Source: Octopus bimaculoides
Lineage: Eukaryota
Assembly: GCF_001194135.2 (NCBI RefSeq)
Contig: NC_068981.1
Span: forward strand, 95,467,597 to 95,531,596
DNA length: 64,000 bases
Direction: 5' to 3'
Below are positions 13,625-26,717 of the stretch, piece after piece. The position numbers and the translations under genes were made by a program. Positions within the stretch are counted from its first letter, which is position 1. Each line of letters starts with the position of its first letter. A model generated the notes under the pieces. It was not told the DNA's origin, ran no database searches, and worked only from the letters and a program-made list of their open reading frames with translations.

Positions 13625-14155
13625 CAGGCTTGACTGTGTAGTAAGAAGTTTACTTACCAACCACATGGTTCTAGGTTCAGTCCTACTGCTGGCACCTTGG
13701 GCAAGTGTCTTCTACTATAGCCTCGTGACTATAGTAGTGAGTGGATTTGGTGAACGGAAACTGAAAGAAACCCGTCGTATATATATGTGTATAGACATAC
13801 GCACACACACACACACACACACACTCACACTCAAACGAACCCACACACACACACACACACGAACACACACAAACAACCACCCACGCACACAGACACACGC
13901 ATGCACGCACACACATACACATATGTATGTGTGTGTGTGTGTTTTTGTGTCTGTGTTTGTCCCCCACCACTGCTTGAAAACCAGTGTTGGTGTGTTTACA
14001 TCACCTAGCTTAGCGGTACGACAAAAGATTTGTATAGAATAAGTACCAGGCTTAAAAAATGTACTGGGGTCGATTCGTTCGACTAAAATTCTTCAAGGCG
14101 GTGCTCCAGCATGGCTGCAGTCTAATGACTGAAACAAGTAAAAGATAAAAGATAA
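13625..14155 (+). mobile_element. Full-length SINE family B with internal (CA)/(TG) microsatellite
   Basis: tRNA-like head (GTGTAGTAAGAAG...GGTTCAGTCCTAC), CORE-like CACCTTGGGCAAGTGTCTT, internal microsatellite, tail ending GAAACAAGTAAAAGATAAAAG. Confidence 0.9.
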
Positions 14156-14429
14156 AATGCGATCAAATCCGCAAGTGACTGGGAAACCCTAAGGAGTGGC
14201 TGAAACATCTAACTAGTACTAATGAATTTGTAGCAACACCATTCAATGAATCTTGTCTGTCGACTAGATTCAACACACGAATGGTTACAACAGCAGAAAA
14301 CAATACTGCCTTCCAAAAATATAAGCATCAAGTCTATAACTTGTTTGCTAACAAGAAACTTTCTAACAAGCTGATTGCCCACATTTAAAACAGTAACGTT
14401 TAACCGGAGTAGTAGAAATGAAATGGGAT

Positions 14430-15080
14430 GTATAGCTGCAAAGAACAGTTGCTAGTGAATCGGACAATTAGCGAAGGAAAAGAAAGACATGGCATGGATT
14501 GATTACCAAAACGCATTTGATAGTCAAACCATATTCTTGGAGTTTGGGTAAATCTGTTATTACTACTACTAACACGCTACATCAACTTTAGCATGTCAAA
14601 ATGGAAAACAGCCGTATCACTTACTTGGAGAAGAGAAAAATGTTTAAAACCGACTTTATACACATGTATAAGAGGAACTTTGAGAATGCCTCCATGTCTC
14701 TTCCAATTTTCTGCCAAGCTTTGACCCAATTAAATTTGTTGGATGAAGGTTATAAATACAACGAAAAATTATAAACTTGCTTCTCTATATGGCTGATCTA
14801 AAACGATTTATAAAGAACAATATTCAGTTACAGAATCTACTGAAAACTGTTTATGAGTTCAGTTAGAATATCAAATTGAATATAGGGATGAATAAAGGTA
14901 TGAAGCCTATCATAAAAGAAACTAATTGATTATAACTGAGGACATTAAATTACATCCAGACTCTATAATCAGAGAATTAAGAAGGAACCGTTTATACATA
15001 TACTTAGAAGTAGATGAAATGGATGTGACACACAGAAACGAAATAGAATTTTTTTTAAAAAATACTGTAGAAGAGTCAGA
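14430..15080 (+). mobile_element. Decayed R4/Dong-like (RLE-type) LINE RT fragment
   Basis: Translations CKEQLL, KDMAWIDYQNAFDS and LLLYMADLKRF match RT motifs typical of this group (WIDYKKAYDS, LLYMDDLKL). Probably continues at ~15910-16370 beyond inserted SINEs. Confidence 0.7.
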
Positions 15081-15099
15081 GCAATATTGGTTTCAGATT

Positions 15100-15260
15100 T
15101 TGGCACAAGACCAGCAATTTCAGGACTGGGGCTAATCGATTATATCGACACTAGTACTCAACCGACCGCGGCAGAATTTGAACTTAGAACTTAAAGACCG
15201 ACGAGATTCCGCAGAATATTTTCCCCAGCGTGCTGAAGATTCTGCCAGCTAGCCGACTTA
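15100..15260 (-). mobile_element. SINE family A copy (internally deleted)
   Basis: TTGGTTTCAGATTTTGGCACAAG...GATTCTGCCAGCT. Confidence 0.85.
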
Positions 15261-15519
15261 GAGTCAGAGTAATATTTTAAAAAAAGTTGAACTTAAAACT
15301 GGAAATACTATAAGTATAAATGCATTAGCCCTTTTCAGTTATAAACTATTCTTTCAAAATAATAATTTAGAATTTTAGTGAATTAAAACCTTAGTCAATT
15401 AAATTAGAAACCTATTAACAGCATTCTGAATCTTCCCCCTTATAGCTTCTATCGATATGATATCCTACTCCACACTCTAGAAGGATGGAACACGGTATAG
15501 AGAGATTTTCCAAAATGAT

Positions 15520-15901
15520 GTTGTTGTTGTTGTTGTTGTTGGCACTCCGTCGCTTACGACGTCGAGAGTTCCAGTTGATCCGATCAACGGAACAGCCTGC
15601 TCGTGAAATTAACGTGCAAGTGGCTGAGCACTCCACAGACACGTGTACCCTTAACGTAGTTCTCGGGGATATTTAGCGTGACACAGTGTGACAAGGCTGC
15701 CCCTTTGAATTACAGGCACAACAGAAACAGGAAGTGAGAGAAAGTTGTGGTGAAAGAGTACAGCAGGGTTTGCCACCATCCCCTGTCGGAGCCTCGTGGA
15801 ACTTTTAGGTGTATTTTCGCTCAATAAACACTCACAACGCCCGGTCTGAGAATCGAAACTGCGATCCTATGACCGCAACCACTGGGCCATTGCGCCTCCA
15901 C
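15520..15901 (-). mobile_element. tRNA-derived SINE family C with (CAA)n tail
   Basis: Head (minus strand) GTGGAGGCGCAATGGCCCAGTGGTT; 10-bp TSD CCAAAATGAT at 15510-15519 and 15902-15911. Confidence 0.92.
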
Positions 15902-16387
15902 CCAAAATGATAGTGCGGCTAGTAATAGACCTAGAAGTAATTAGAAATAATCAAAGGGAAATTGATTAAAGTAGTAAAAGAACATGAAGAAAAGAATAAA
16001 ATATTTTCCCTATGAGCAAACATTGATATACAACCTATAAGCTAAATAAATAAAACTTGATAAGAACAAAAGAAGCGAAAATATTTTAAGAAAGACAAAA
16101 TGAAAATGGAATTTCAAAATACTCGGTAGAAAAAGAAAAGAGACAGAAAACCCCATACCATTACCAAAACTCTGCAAGACACGTCGAAAATTTAATAAAT
16201 CACTGTGAAAAACCAGCAACGGATCAAAATCTCTGGACTGAATTGAGAAACAGATTGTAGGACAATACCCAACTACAAAAGCACAGTGAAAATAAATCAT
16301 GAAACAAGAGGCTTGTATCAGTTGGAGGCAATACAAGGAACTTAAAGACATAATTAGTATCGTCCTTGAAAAAAAAACAATACACAC

Positions 16388-16423
<36 letters not shown>

Positions 16424-17044
16424 ACACATACACACACGCACACACGCACACGCACACACACGCACACGCACACACACGCNNNNNNNNNNNNNNNNNNNNN
16501 NNNNNNNNNNNNNNNNNNNNNNNNNNNNNNNNNNNNNNNNNNNNNNNNNNNNNNNNNNNNNNNNNNNNNNNNNNNNNNNNNNNNNNNNNNNNNNNNNNNN
16601 NNNNNNNNNNNNNNNNNNNNNNNNNNNNNNNNNNNNNNNNNNNNNNNNNNNNNNNNNNNNNNNNNNNNNNNNNNNNNNNNNNNNNNNNNNNNNNNNNNNN
16701 NNNNNNNNNNNNNNNNNNNNNNNNNNNNNNNNNNNNNNNNNNNNNNNNNNNNNNNNNNNNNNNNNNNNNNNNNNNNNNNNNNNNNNNNNNNNNNNNNNNN
16801 NNNNNNNNNNNNNNNNNNNNNNNNNNNNNNNNNNNNNNNNNNNNNNNNNNNNNNNNNNNNNNNNNNNNNNNNNNNNNGAGTGCGAAGGTGACCAGTGTGT
16901 GTGTGTATGATAGTATCTGTGTGCGTGTGTTTTTGTGTATATGTGAGTGATGTATGTATAAGGGTGTGAGTCAACGAGCAGGTTGTATGCATGTATGTCA
17001 GACAAGACAAAACCGGCAGCTATATCCATAAGGCATTATGTTTA

Positions 17045-17156
17045 TACATTATTTAAATTTGACGAATATTTGTCCTCATCTTGTTTGTTGTTAACGCAAC
17101 GTTTCGGCTGATGTACCCTCCAGCCTTCATCAGGTGTCTTGGGGAAATTTCGAACC
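17045..17156 (-). mobile_element. Inverted copy of the Penelope-type tail of the adjacent SINE
   Basis: Reverse complement matches ~17600-17710 with roughly 10 mismatches over ~100 bp (by eye). Confidence 0.9.
17093..17138 (-). ncRNA. Minimal type-I hammerhead ribozyme motif (Penelope-type)
   Basis: Minus strand GACAC-CTGATGA-A-GGCTG-GAGGGTACAT-CAGCC-GAAAC-GTT-GCGTT: intact CUGAUGA and GAAA core, 5-bp stem II, loopless palindromic stem III (AACGTT), stem I with one mismatch. Confidence 0.7.
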
Positions 17157-17159
17157 ACG

Positions 17160-17368
17160 GGCATATGGCGTAGTGGTTAAGAGCGCCAGTTATTAACCCC
17201 AAGATTCCGAGTTCGAATCATAATAATAATAATAATAATGATAATAATGATGATGATAATAATAAATACAGTAACCATAAGAGCATCAAAGCAAACCACA
17301 GCACATACCCAAGGCACACAGAGCTGCGCTCGGTAGTGAAGTGAAAGCACGTTATAAAAATAAAACTA

Positions 17369-17440
<72 letters not shown>

Positions 17441-17441
17441 G

Positions 17442-17525
<84 letters not shown>

Positions 17526-17530
17526 GTAAC

Positions 17531-17570
<40 letters not shown>

Positions 17571-17753
17571 TCGAAAAATACCTTAGGAATGAGAACCGAG
17601 GTTCGAAATTTCCCCAAGACACCTGCTGAAGGCTGGAGGGTATATCAGCCGAATCGTTGTGTTAGCAAGAAACAAGATGAAGACATATATCCGTCAAATG
17701 TAAATAATGTAAATAACGTACATAATTCCTCATCTCTTAAATATAGAACTGTA
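17160..17753 (+). mobile_element. tRNA-headed SINE with (AAT)n linker and hammerhead-bearing Penelope-like tail
   Basis: Head GCATATGGCGTAGTGGTTAAGAGCG...CGAGTTCGAATC (A and B boxes) 17160-17220; (AAT)n-rich to ~17568; tail with mutated hammerhead (CTGCTGA...GAATC) at 17618-17663. Confidence 0.8.
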
Positions 17754-19499
17754 TTATGTCTATACTTTGATGTGAAGACTAAAAAGTGATACAGTGTATA
17801 GTATATCAAATATAGTACATGACAATTATCTGGCTGTCATAATCTGAGACATACTTGTTCAAACTGAAGGAGATCAAGAAGAACAGTCCAGTAGTCCTCT
17901 AGTCCAGTAGTCCTATAGTCCAGTAGTCCAGCAGTCCAGTTATAACTACTGAATATAGCAACGAAAATATACGTACACGGATTGTCGTCATGGACTCTTC
18001 CGACTAAAACAGAGCACAGAGAAAAGTTGCGAACTTGATTGGCAGGCAGTTTCATAAAAAGTAGCATATTTATTTTTCAAAAAGTAACAGGATGTGGTAA
18101 AGTGTAGCCCGAAATGAAATGTTTCCTCCTTCACTCAATCTCTACCTCTCGATTCCCTCCTTTCTCTCTTTCTCTCTTAGAATCCAAAACATAACTCTGC
18201 TAGACAGCCCACATCCTATGCAGGACACATTGAATTCAACAACACAACTCACATGCATTTTTCTGAACAATTCATGGAATATCGTCGTCGGCTCCTCTTT
18301 GTTTCTGAATATTTCTTTCTTTGTGCTTCTTCATTTATGTCGGTGCCTCCCGATGGCTGGCAAGACTGATTTTTCCGTGGAACAATTGGCCACAAATGAC
18401 ACATCTGATAGTCGGTGGAGGTCTTGATTGGAGTTGGCAGGTCTTTTTGTCGTGGCCATTTATCTTCATTTCTTCGCGGATGTTTGATGATGTTGCTCCC
18501 AGAATTTAAGGTCAATATTGGTGCTCTACATTGTCTGTTTCAGTTGGTCTTTGCAGTCGCGTTGGGGGTAGCCGTATAATTTTTTTTCCGGTGCTGTTCT
18601 CGCAATTAAGACTTTGACGTAGCGCGCTAGTTCAATTCAACCGGTGGATAGGATCTATAAACTTTTTACAATCACCGCCCTATAAAACTGATACATAACC
18701 CTATTTAACACCCAATTCTATAAAACACTCCATACATCATCAACGACTCGTACATCTCATATACACAACTACCAATCGCTAGTATAGCACAACACATACT
18801 CTACACAATCACCGCCGACATTATAATTCTAGAAACAACTCATACAAGACATACGTAGTAACTGCCAGTTAGCAAATTAACGCAATCCACATGACACATT
18901 CAGCAACAAACAGACAAGACGCTAAAATATACATCAGTAAAAACAAAGGAACTGCAGAAGGCTAAACAAATGTTTATCATACATACACGATCCTACATTT
19001 CAAACAACCAGCATCTCATATTAATGCAATTCCAGTCCCTCAAGAGTCAATGCTGCGCATACTCCGGGAGCTTGGAAGTGCAGGTGATGGTGCCGTAGAA
19101 ATTCGAATGAAACTGTTGATTCCAAGGTCCGACACAGGAAGATTACGCATACCACGAATGCAGGATGATAGGAAACTTTTGCACCTGGAAGGTTATAAAA
19201 TATCTGACAGAAAGGATCAAATACCTGGCAAGAATGATCAAAAGAGAGTGAATAAAGGAAAAAGTCAGCATTAGTTGATAACTGCAGGAATCAAAGTTGA
19301 TTATGTCACAAAATCAGAGCCTTCCTACCAAAAAGAACTTAAAAGGATACAGCAAAGCACTTTTTCAACACTCTAGCGATTCAGCTAGCTCGTTGTTTTG
19401 TCAACAGTTGTTTGTAATTTAGGTTCCAAACCATCAATTTTCAGTAGATGAGGTTAGTTGATACTATCAACTCCAGTACTGGGATGCTATTTTATTTTA

Positions 19500-19665
19500 T
19501 CGGGCTTCTTTCAGTTTCCGTCTACCAACTCCACTCACAAGGCTTTGGTCGACTCGAGGCTATAGTAGAAGACACTTGCCCAAGGTGCCACGCAGTGGGA
19601 CTGAACCCGGAACCATGTGGTTGGTAAGCAAGCTACTTACCACATAGCCACTCCTGTGCCTATGT
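19500..19665 (-). mobile_element. SINE family B 5' half
   Basis: GAAGACACTTGCCCAAGGTGCCACGCAGTGGGACTGAACCC. Confidence 0.9.
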
Positions 19666-20481
19666 ATATATATATATATATATATATNNNNNNNNNNNNN
19701 NNNNNNNNNNNNNNNNNNNNNNNNNNNNNNNNNNNNNNNNNNNNNNNNNNNNNNNNNNNNNNNNNNNNNNNNNNNNNNNNNNNNNNNNNNNNNNNNNNNN
19801 NNNNNNNNNNNNNNNNNNNNNNNNNNNNNNNNNNNNNNNNGAGAAAGAGAGAGAAAGATGCATTTGCAATTCATTCATGCATATCTAGATAAGCAAGAAA
19901 TAAATTTTCATTATCTTTCTGTATCACTTTTCCTTTCGCAAGACATTATAAAGCGTTCATTTTTCATTCCTGTTTCTCTTGACAGTATTACCTGATATCA
20001 CTGAGATTCCTCAAGAGTTTTGCATGTTACTCGATCATCTGTTATCATTGATTGAAAGGTTTCTCTTCCAGTGATACCTGAGTCAGACAGTTCGCACTAT
20101 CTAGCTCAGGTAATATCTATTAAATATTTTCATTTCACCGTGGTAATTCCACTTACAGTTTATTAATTTCGAAAACCTTATTTTCTTTCTTCTCTTCCTC
20201 ATAGAATAGCTATAAGGATTTTTTCGCAACTTACTCTTTGCTCCTGCTTTTTATGTTTACCAAAGGATATCTAACTCATTTCTATTGCACAAACTCTCAC
20301 GCCCACACACTCCACCTTTCGCTTCACTGCACAGGGAGACCGACTCTATTCAGAGTCTCTCGACCAGCTACAAATTGCAGCCAAATTTTCCTGCAATTAC
20401 ATTCTATTATCTTTATAATGAACAAAATAATATTTTAATAAAAATTACATACTTATTATTTTCTTCATCATTAGACAAAAG

Positions 20482-20815
20482 CACAGCTGGGCGGTGAAGA
20501 AGCTCGCTTTGCAACCACATAGTTTTAGGTTCAATTCTACTGTCTGGTGACTTGGGAAAGTGTCTTCTAGTATTGCCCTCGGACGACCAATGCCTTGTGA
20601 GTGAGATTTGGTAGATAGAAACTGTGTGGAAGCCTGTCATATATATATATGTATATATATATGCGATGGTCTTGTTTCACTTTCTGTTTACCAAATCCAC
20701 GGGCATTGGTAGCTCGTGGCTGTATTAGAAGACACTTGCCCAGAATGGACTGAACCCGGAACCGTGTGGTTGGGAAGCAAGCTTATTACCACACAGCCAC
20801 GCCTGTGCCTACATA
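20482..20815. mobile_element. Two SINE family B heads in inverted orientation (+ 20482-20640, - 20700-20815)
   Basis: Both match the family B head and core. Confidence 0.8.
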
Positions 20816-22016
20816 CATATNNNNNNNNNNNNNNNNNNNNNNNNNNNNNNNNNNNNNNNNNNNNNNNNNNNNNNNNNNNNNNNNNNNNNNNNNNNNNNNN
20901 NNNNNNNNNNNNNNNNNNNNNNNNNNNNNNNNNNNNNNNNNNNNNNNNNNNNNNNNNNNNNNNNNNNNNNNNNNNNNNNNNNNNNNNNNNNNNNNNNNNN
21001 NNNNNNNNNNNNNNNNNNNNNNNNNNNNNNNNNNNNNNNNNNNNNNNNNNNNNNNNNNNNNNNNNNNNNNNNNNNNNNNNNNNNNNNNNNNNNNNNNNNN
21101 NNNNNNNNNNNNNNNNNNNNNNNNNNNNNNNNNNNNNNNNNNNNNNNNNNNNNNNNNNNNNNNNNNNNNNNNNNNNNNNNNNNNNNNNNNNNNNNNNNNN
21201 NNNNNNNNNNNNNNNNNNNNNNNNNNNNNNNNNNNNNNNNNNNNNNNNNNNNNNNNNNNNNNNNNNNNNNNNNNNNNNNNNNNNNNNNNNNNNNNNNNNN
21301 NNNNNNNNNNNNNNNNNNNNNNNNNNNNNNNNNNNNNNNNNNNNNNNNNNNNNNNNNNNNNNNNNNNNNNNNNNNNNNNNNNNNNNNNNNNNNNNNNNNN
21401 NNNNNNNNNNNNNNNNNNNNNNNNNNNNNNNNNNNNNNNNNNNNNNNNNNNNNNNNNNNNNNNNNNNNNNNNNNNNNNNNNNNNNNNNNNNNNNNNNNNN
21501 NNNNNNNNNNNNNNNNNNNNNNNNNNNNNNNNNNNNNNNNNNNNNNNNNNNNNNNNNNNNNNNNNNNNNNNNNNNNNNNNNNNNNNNNNNNNNNNNNNNN
21601 NNNNNNNNNNNNNNNNNNNNNNNNNNNTATATATATATACATACAGACATATATATAGGGTGTGTGTGTTTGTGTCAGTGTGTGCCTACCTACCCTCACT
21701 TGACGACCATTGTTGTTTTTTTTTACCTCCCTGTAACCAAACATGAACACAAACACGCACACACACACATATATACACGCATATGCATGCTCACACATAC
21801 GCACTTTAATGCTCTTTCCTTGCAAATTATTTGTTGTTCCTTCTGACAACTAAATTGCAACATCTAAACTTAGCATTAACATCATCAACCTCGTCTATTC
21901 ATTCATTTATATACCGCAGTCAAACATAGAAAGCCTATAAGCTCTGTCTTTCCTCTTCAGAAGAACAAAATTAAATTATTCTTGTGTTTGTGTTTGTTTG
22001 TTTGTGTGTGTGTACG

Positions 22017-22106
<90 letters not shown>

Positions 22107-22120
22107 TGTGCGTGTGTGCG

Positions 22121-22158
<38 letters not shown>

Positions 22159-22739
22159 CACATACACATATGCATACATACATACATGTGTATATATTGT
22201 TTTGAAAACTTAGTTATGCTTCACAGATTCTACTCTGATTCAGTCGGTATCTTATCTGTTGATAGCTTTGGGAATACTTATTTAACATGGCGTGTAAGCT
22301 GCCAGGATGTCAACAGGATTCCAGATGTTGAAATATACGTTGGAAAACCACTGAGTACTTTTGACAGAATGTAGGGAATAATAGGTAAATAAGGTGTTAT
22401 ATCGATTTCTTACATACTCATCAAATCAGTCGTTTATTAGTAGAAGGAGTATAATTGTAATCGATTGAATCATCTGTCTTTTGTTAATGACATTTATCTT
22501 ATGGATAGATGCAAAGCCAAATCAACACCAGCAGGATTTGAACCGAGAACGGAGAGGAATGGAATTAAATACTGTACTGGTGTTTCGTTTGATATTTTAT
22601 AATTTCTGCCCCTCACTTCTTTCAAATTAAGCGATGAAGGGGCCTATCCATAGTCGCTGTACGGATATTGGCGTTGTATCAAAGGTAGATTTCAACATTT
22701 TTATAATCCCAAAATGAATAATCATTGCATATTAATATT

Positions 22740-22946
22740 GCTTTTAAATTTTCGTACAAGGTCAGTAATTTCGGGGGAGGGGGTAAGTCGATTACATCGA
22801 CCCCAGTGTTTAACTGGTACTTATTTTATCATCGACCCCGAAAAGATGAAAGGCAAAGTCGACCTCGGCAGAATTTTAACTTAGAACGTAAAGACGGACG
22901 AAATACTGCTAAGCAATTTACAGGCTAGTGATTCTGCCAGCTTGCC
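22740..22946 (-). mobile_element. SINE family A copy
   Basis: Family A core and head; head end abuts the mariner. Confidence 0.9.
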
Positions 22947-22971
22947 ATATTATCAATACTAAAGTATTATA

Positions 22972-24260
22972 CGAGAGGTGTTCATTAAACATTTCCCCTA
23001 ACCAACTTCCCAAGGACTGGGATAAACGAAACTCGGTATAATTATTAGTCCTTCTCTACATAGCCACCACCAACGGCGACACACTTCTCCTATCGCTTTA
23101 TGCAGTTGTGAAGACCTCGTCTGTAGAAGTCAGTGGCTTGCGTCTGGAGCCAAGACTTTACCTCGGAAATAAGTTCATCATCATCTGAAAAGTACTTCCC
23201 CTTCAAAAGAGACTTCACGGTTGGAAAGAGGTGGAAGTCAGATGGTGCGAGGTCGGGAGAGTAAGAAGGATGAGGAAGGATTTCAGAGTCACAGAAGTGT
23301 GCTTTCATTTGGGCAACATGCACATTGTGAAGTGGGGCGTTATCTTGGAGGAGGCAGATTCCTTTGGTCAGCATGCCACGCCTCTCTGCTTTGATGGTGT
23401 CCCGCAATTTCGACTGCAGAGAAGCATAATATGCCCCGCCCCGTTAACTGTGATGCCCTTTGCCAGAAAATCCATCATCACTACTCCGCGCTGGTCCCAA
23501 AAGATTGTGTTGCCTGCTGAGGGTTAGACACGAGCCTTCTTTGGGGGTGGTGAGTTATCACACTTTCATTGCTTCGACTGGACTTTAGTCTCAGGATCAT
23601 AGTGATGGACCCATGTTTCATCCTGTGTAATAAGTCTACCGAAAGAGTTCTCCTCGTTTACTTGGCACATTGCCAAAAGAGTCTGGAAGCAAATGACTTG
23701 TTCCTGCTTCTGAAAGGGGTGTGAGCATCTGGGGAATCCATCGTGCAGACAACTTCCGCATGTGCAAATGGTTGTGAATAATTTTTTCCACGGACCCTAC
23801 ACTTATCTTCACTTGTTGGGCTAGTTGCCGAATAGTTATGCGGCGATCCTCCAAAATAGCAGTTTCCACTTTATGGATGGTGTCGTCATCAATGGTGGAA
23901 TGTGGTCGTCCAGGAATAGGAGCAGTTTCCACTGATGTCCGACACATTTGAACTGGCGATGCCAATGCTTGACTACATTGTATGATGGTGCATCGTCACT
24001 ATAAACTTATTTCATCTCATCGAAAGCCTCTTTTGGTGTACGACCTTTTAAGTATAAGAACCCGATCATTGATCTGCATTCAACTGCCTCCATTAGAACA
24101 CCTTAGTTCACTTCAGCAGCCGTAAAAGACAAACGAATGCTAGTGGAAAGCTGCAATTTACAATGTGACATGTAGAGACATGTATGATTATACCTGTCCA
24201 ACTTCCGTTTCCTGCAATAACCGGAAGTGGGTCGGGAAAATCTTTAATGAACATTCCTCG
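22972..24260 (-). mobile_element. Full-length, inactive mariner (D,D34D-type) DNA transposon, 1289 bp
   Basis: TIRs CGAGAGGTGTTCATTAAACATTT and (reverse complement) CGAGGAATGTTCATTAAAGATTT, flanked by TA at 22970-71 and 24261-62. Confidence 0.95.
23045..24093 (-). pseudogene. Mariner transposase pseudogene
   Basis: MEAVECRSMIGFLYLKG...RKLSARWIPQMLT (WVP-like)...TQDETWVHHYDPE...LLQDNAPLH...HPSYSPDLAPSDFHLF...YVEKD*; several stops and frameshifts. Confidence 0.93.
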
Positions 24261-24271
24261 TATTTTAAAAT

Positions 24272-24490
24272 AAGGTGGAGAGCTGGCAGAGTCGTTAGCA
24301 CGCCGGCCGAAATGCTTTAGCGGCATTTCGTCCGCCTTTACGTTCTGTGTTCAAATTCCGCCGAGATTGACTTTGCCTTTCATTCTTTCAGGAACGATAA
24401 AATAAGTACCAGTTTGAGTATTGGGGCTGATGTAATCGACTTACCCCTCCTCCAAAATTGCTGGCCTTGTGCCAAAATTTGAAACCAATA
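24272..24490 (+). mobile_element. SINE family A copy
   Basis: GAGCTGGCAGAGTCGTTAGCACGCC...GTTCAAATTCCGCC...AAATTTGAAACCAAT. Confidence 0.92.
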
Positions 24491-25230
24491 TTAAACTTTA
24501 TTATTCGTGGGACTTTGCTAGTTGATGAAAATGACCTTAGAGTATTACTGGTACTTATTTTATGATCCCACCCCCGAAGGACGAAAAGTAAAGTCAGGGT
24601 CGATCAATAAAATAAAGTACCAGTCAAATAGTAGGATCACTATAATGGACTATACTCCTCCCCCAAGTTTGAGACATTGATATGTGAAGTATATCGATAG
24701 TACTCTGAAACTAGATTCGTCCCTCAACTGCCTGTATTTGTATACCATCAAAGTAGCATTGTTTACATGCTATGGTTGCTTTATGGGATTTATAACCTCT
24801 TCCCTATAAAAGGATGTACATAAATAAGTAGCAAATGTTAATTAAAACAAAATCAACGGTAGTGATCGTGGATGCCTTCATAGATGTTCATAATCATGAA
24901 AGCTGTTTTTAAATGTTCTTTATCTAAACGTTGCTAGCTTCTGCACTCTCTCTTGGAGAGGCACAGATATTCCTTGCTGACAAGAGCAGGTCAAGGCAGA
25001 CATGAATTGTGGCCCTTGCTGTGGCTAGCTGAAAAATGCTGAGAATTCCTAGCAAATATTCGACCTCAATGTTAACATTTAGCGTTGCTTCTTTTACTGG
25101 TTTCTCTCATAGTCTTCGGTTCTAAGAGAGCCTCTACTATGAACCAATGTTTTAACCATGGGAAGCAAGAGTATTTAAATACCCGAGGCTTTAGATACCC
25201 ACGTACTCCATTGTTAATAAGTAAAAAGTA

Positions 25231-25441
25231 CCATATTTTCCGTCATACAAGACGACATAATATATAGTGTAAACATGTAGTGTAAATATTTAAACATCAT
25301 CACTGTCTTTCCAAAACCTGATGCATTTCACATAGAATAATTTTTAGTCCTCCAAAGTCATCTTGGCATATAAATTGACCCACCTTTCTTGGTTGTAAAT
25401 TTTGGTCTGAAAAATTCGACTTGTAAGCCGGAAAAATATGA
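25231..25441. mobile_element. Tc2/pogo-type MITE
   Basis: TA|CCATATTTTCCGTCATACAAGACGAC ... CGACTTGTAAGCCGGAAAAATATGA|TA imperfect TIRs. Confidence 0.75.
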
Positions 25442-26331
25442 TAATTTAAAATAATAGAAAGAGTGGGCGAGACAAATTAAGAGCTGTATGTTACCTAAAA
25501 GCTTTACGCCTCGTTGTATTAAATTCGAAATCTGCTGAAACTGATTTTATTTTTCCATTGCATGGAATCAATGTTACCAGTGTCAATTCGGTCGACAGTG
25601 CCTCTCTCCAAAGAAATCGACTTTATACTTACTTTCACCTCTGATATTTTCCTTCCAGACTTACAAGGGCCGTTTTCTATACATCTCCGATTTCCTATTT
25701 GTTGAACAAAATGTAATCTTCAAGAAGAAATTTCACAGTCATAAAGAAGTTAAAATCTTGATGCATTTTCCAGTGTCGTCTTTCACGGATTCTTGTTTGG
25801 CCTAAATTAATATTTGATATGAACCATGGGAAACGAAAATTGTTGCTCTTATATTGTCAGTTGAACAGGGAGGTCTTTACTAAAAGGATTCTTTGTCCTT
25901 TTTGTATGTTTGTAACTTTTCCAATTCTGGTTATGCTAGAGTACAACTGAAGTAAGTTTTAAGTTTCTCACTATAAACAGATCTTTGTCTACAATAGCTT
26001 AAATTTTAAACCCTTATTCTTTTCTCAGCAGATAGCCTCAAATTTCACACTTGAAATAACAAACATGATTACAATTCCAAGCTAAGACTTCAAATAATTT
26101 TCCATTGGTTAAGTTGCATATTTGCTAACTCTCAAAAAATTATCTGTACATGAAGGATCTGTGTTCATCTTCGCCTTGCGTTAAAATCCAATCCTTCCCT
26201 CTTGTTATAAACCAAGCATCATATTCGTTGCGAATACAATAAACTCCCCATGGCCCAGTCTACGTAGCTTTAAATAGATGCTATGCGATAGGACAGTTCA
26301 TCGCTAATAGAAGCAGTACTTCTTTCCATAA

Positions 26332-26535
26332 CTGGTTTCAAATTTTGGCACAAGGCCCGCAAGGTAAGTCTATTACATTGACCCCAGAACTCAACTGGTA
26401 CTTATTTTATCGACCCCAATAAGATGAAAGGTAAAGTCGACCTCGGCGGAATTTGAACTTAGAACGTAAGGACGGATGAAATGCCGACAAGCATTTCACA
26501 CGGCGTGATAACGATTCTGCCAGCTTTCCACCTTA
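26332..26535 (-). mobile_element. SINE family A copy
   Basis: Family A core and head. Confidence 0.9.
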
Positions 26536-26679
26536 GCTCATTCTATCATAGATAAATATTTTGTTTAGTATTGAGTTCAATTAGTGTCGCATAGATTGAT
26601 GAGCTGGGTTGCCTCAGGTAGATTACAATAATACATCTTTAAGTGGTACCGATTGAATTCACTTTTCTCTCTCTCTTCT

Positions 26680-26717
<38 letters not shown>

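Noticed and set aside
15840-15900. Functional tRNA genes at SINE heads (also 50250, 60000, 17160)
   Set aside because: They continue into SINE bodies with TSDs and lack a full cloverleaf.
17618-17663. Second active hammerhead
   Set aside because: Core changes CUGCUGA and GAAUC should abolish activity; kept only as a decayed copy.
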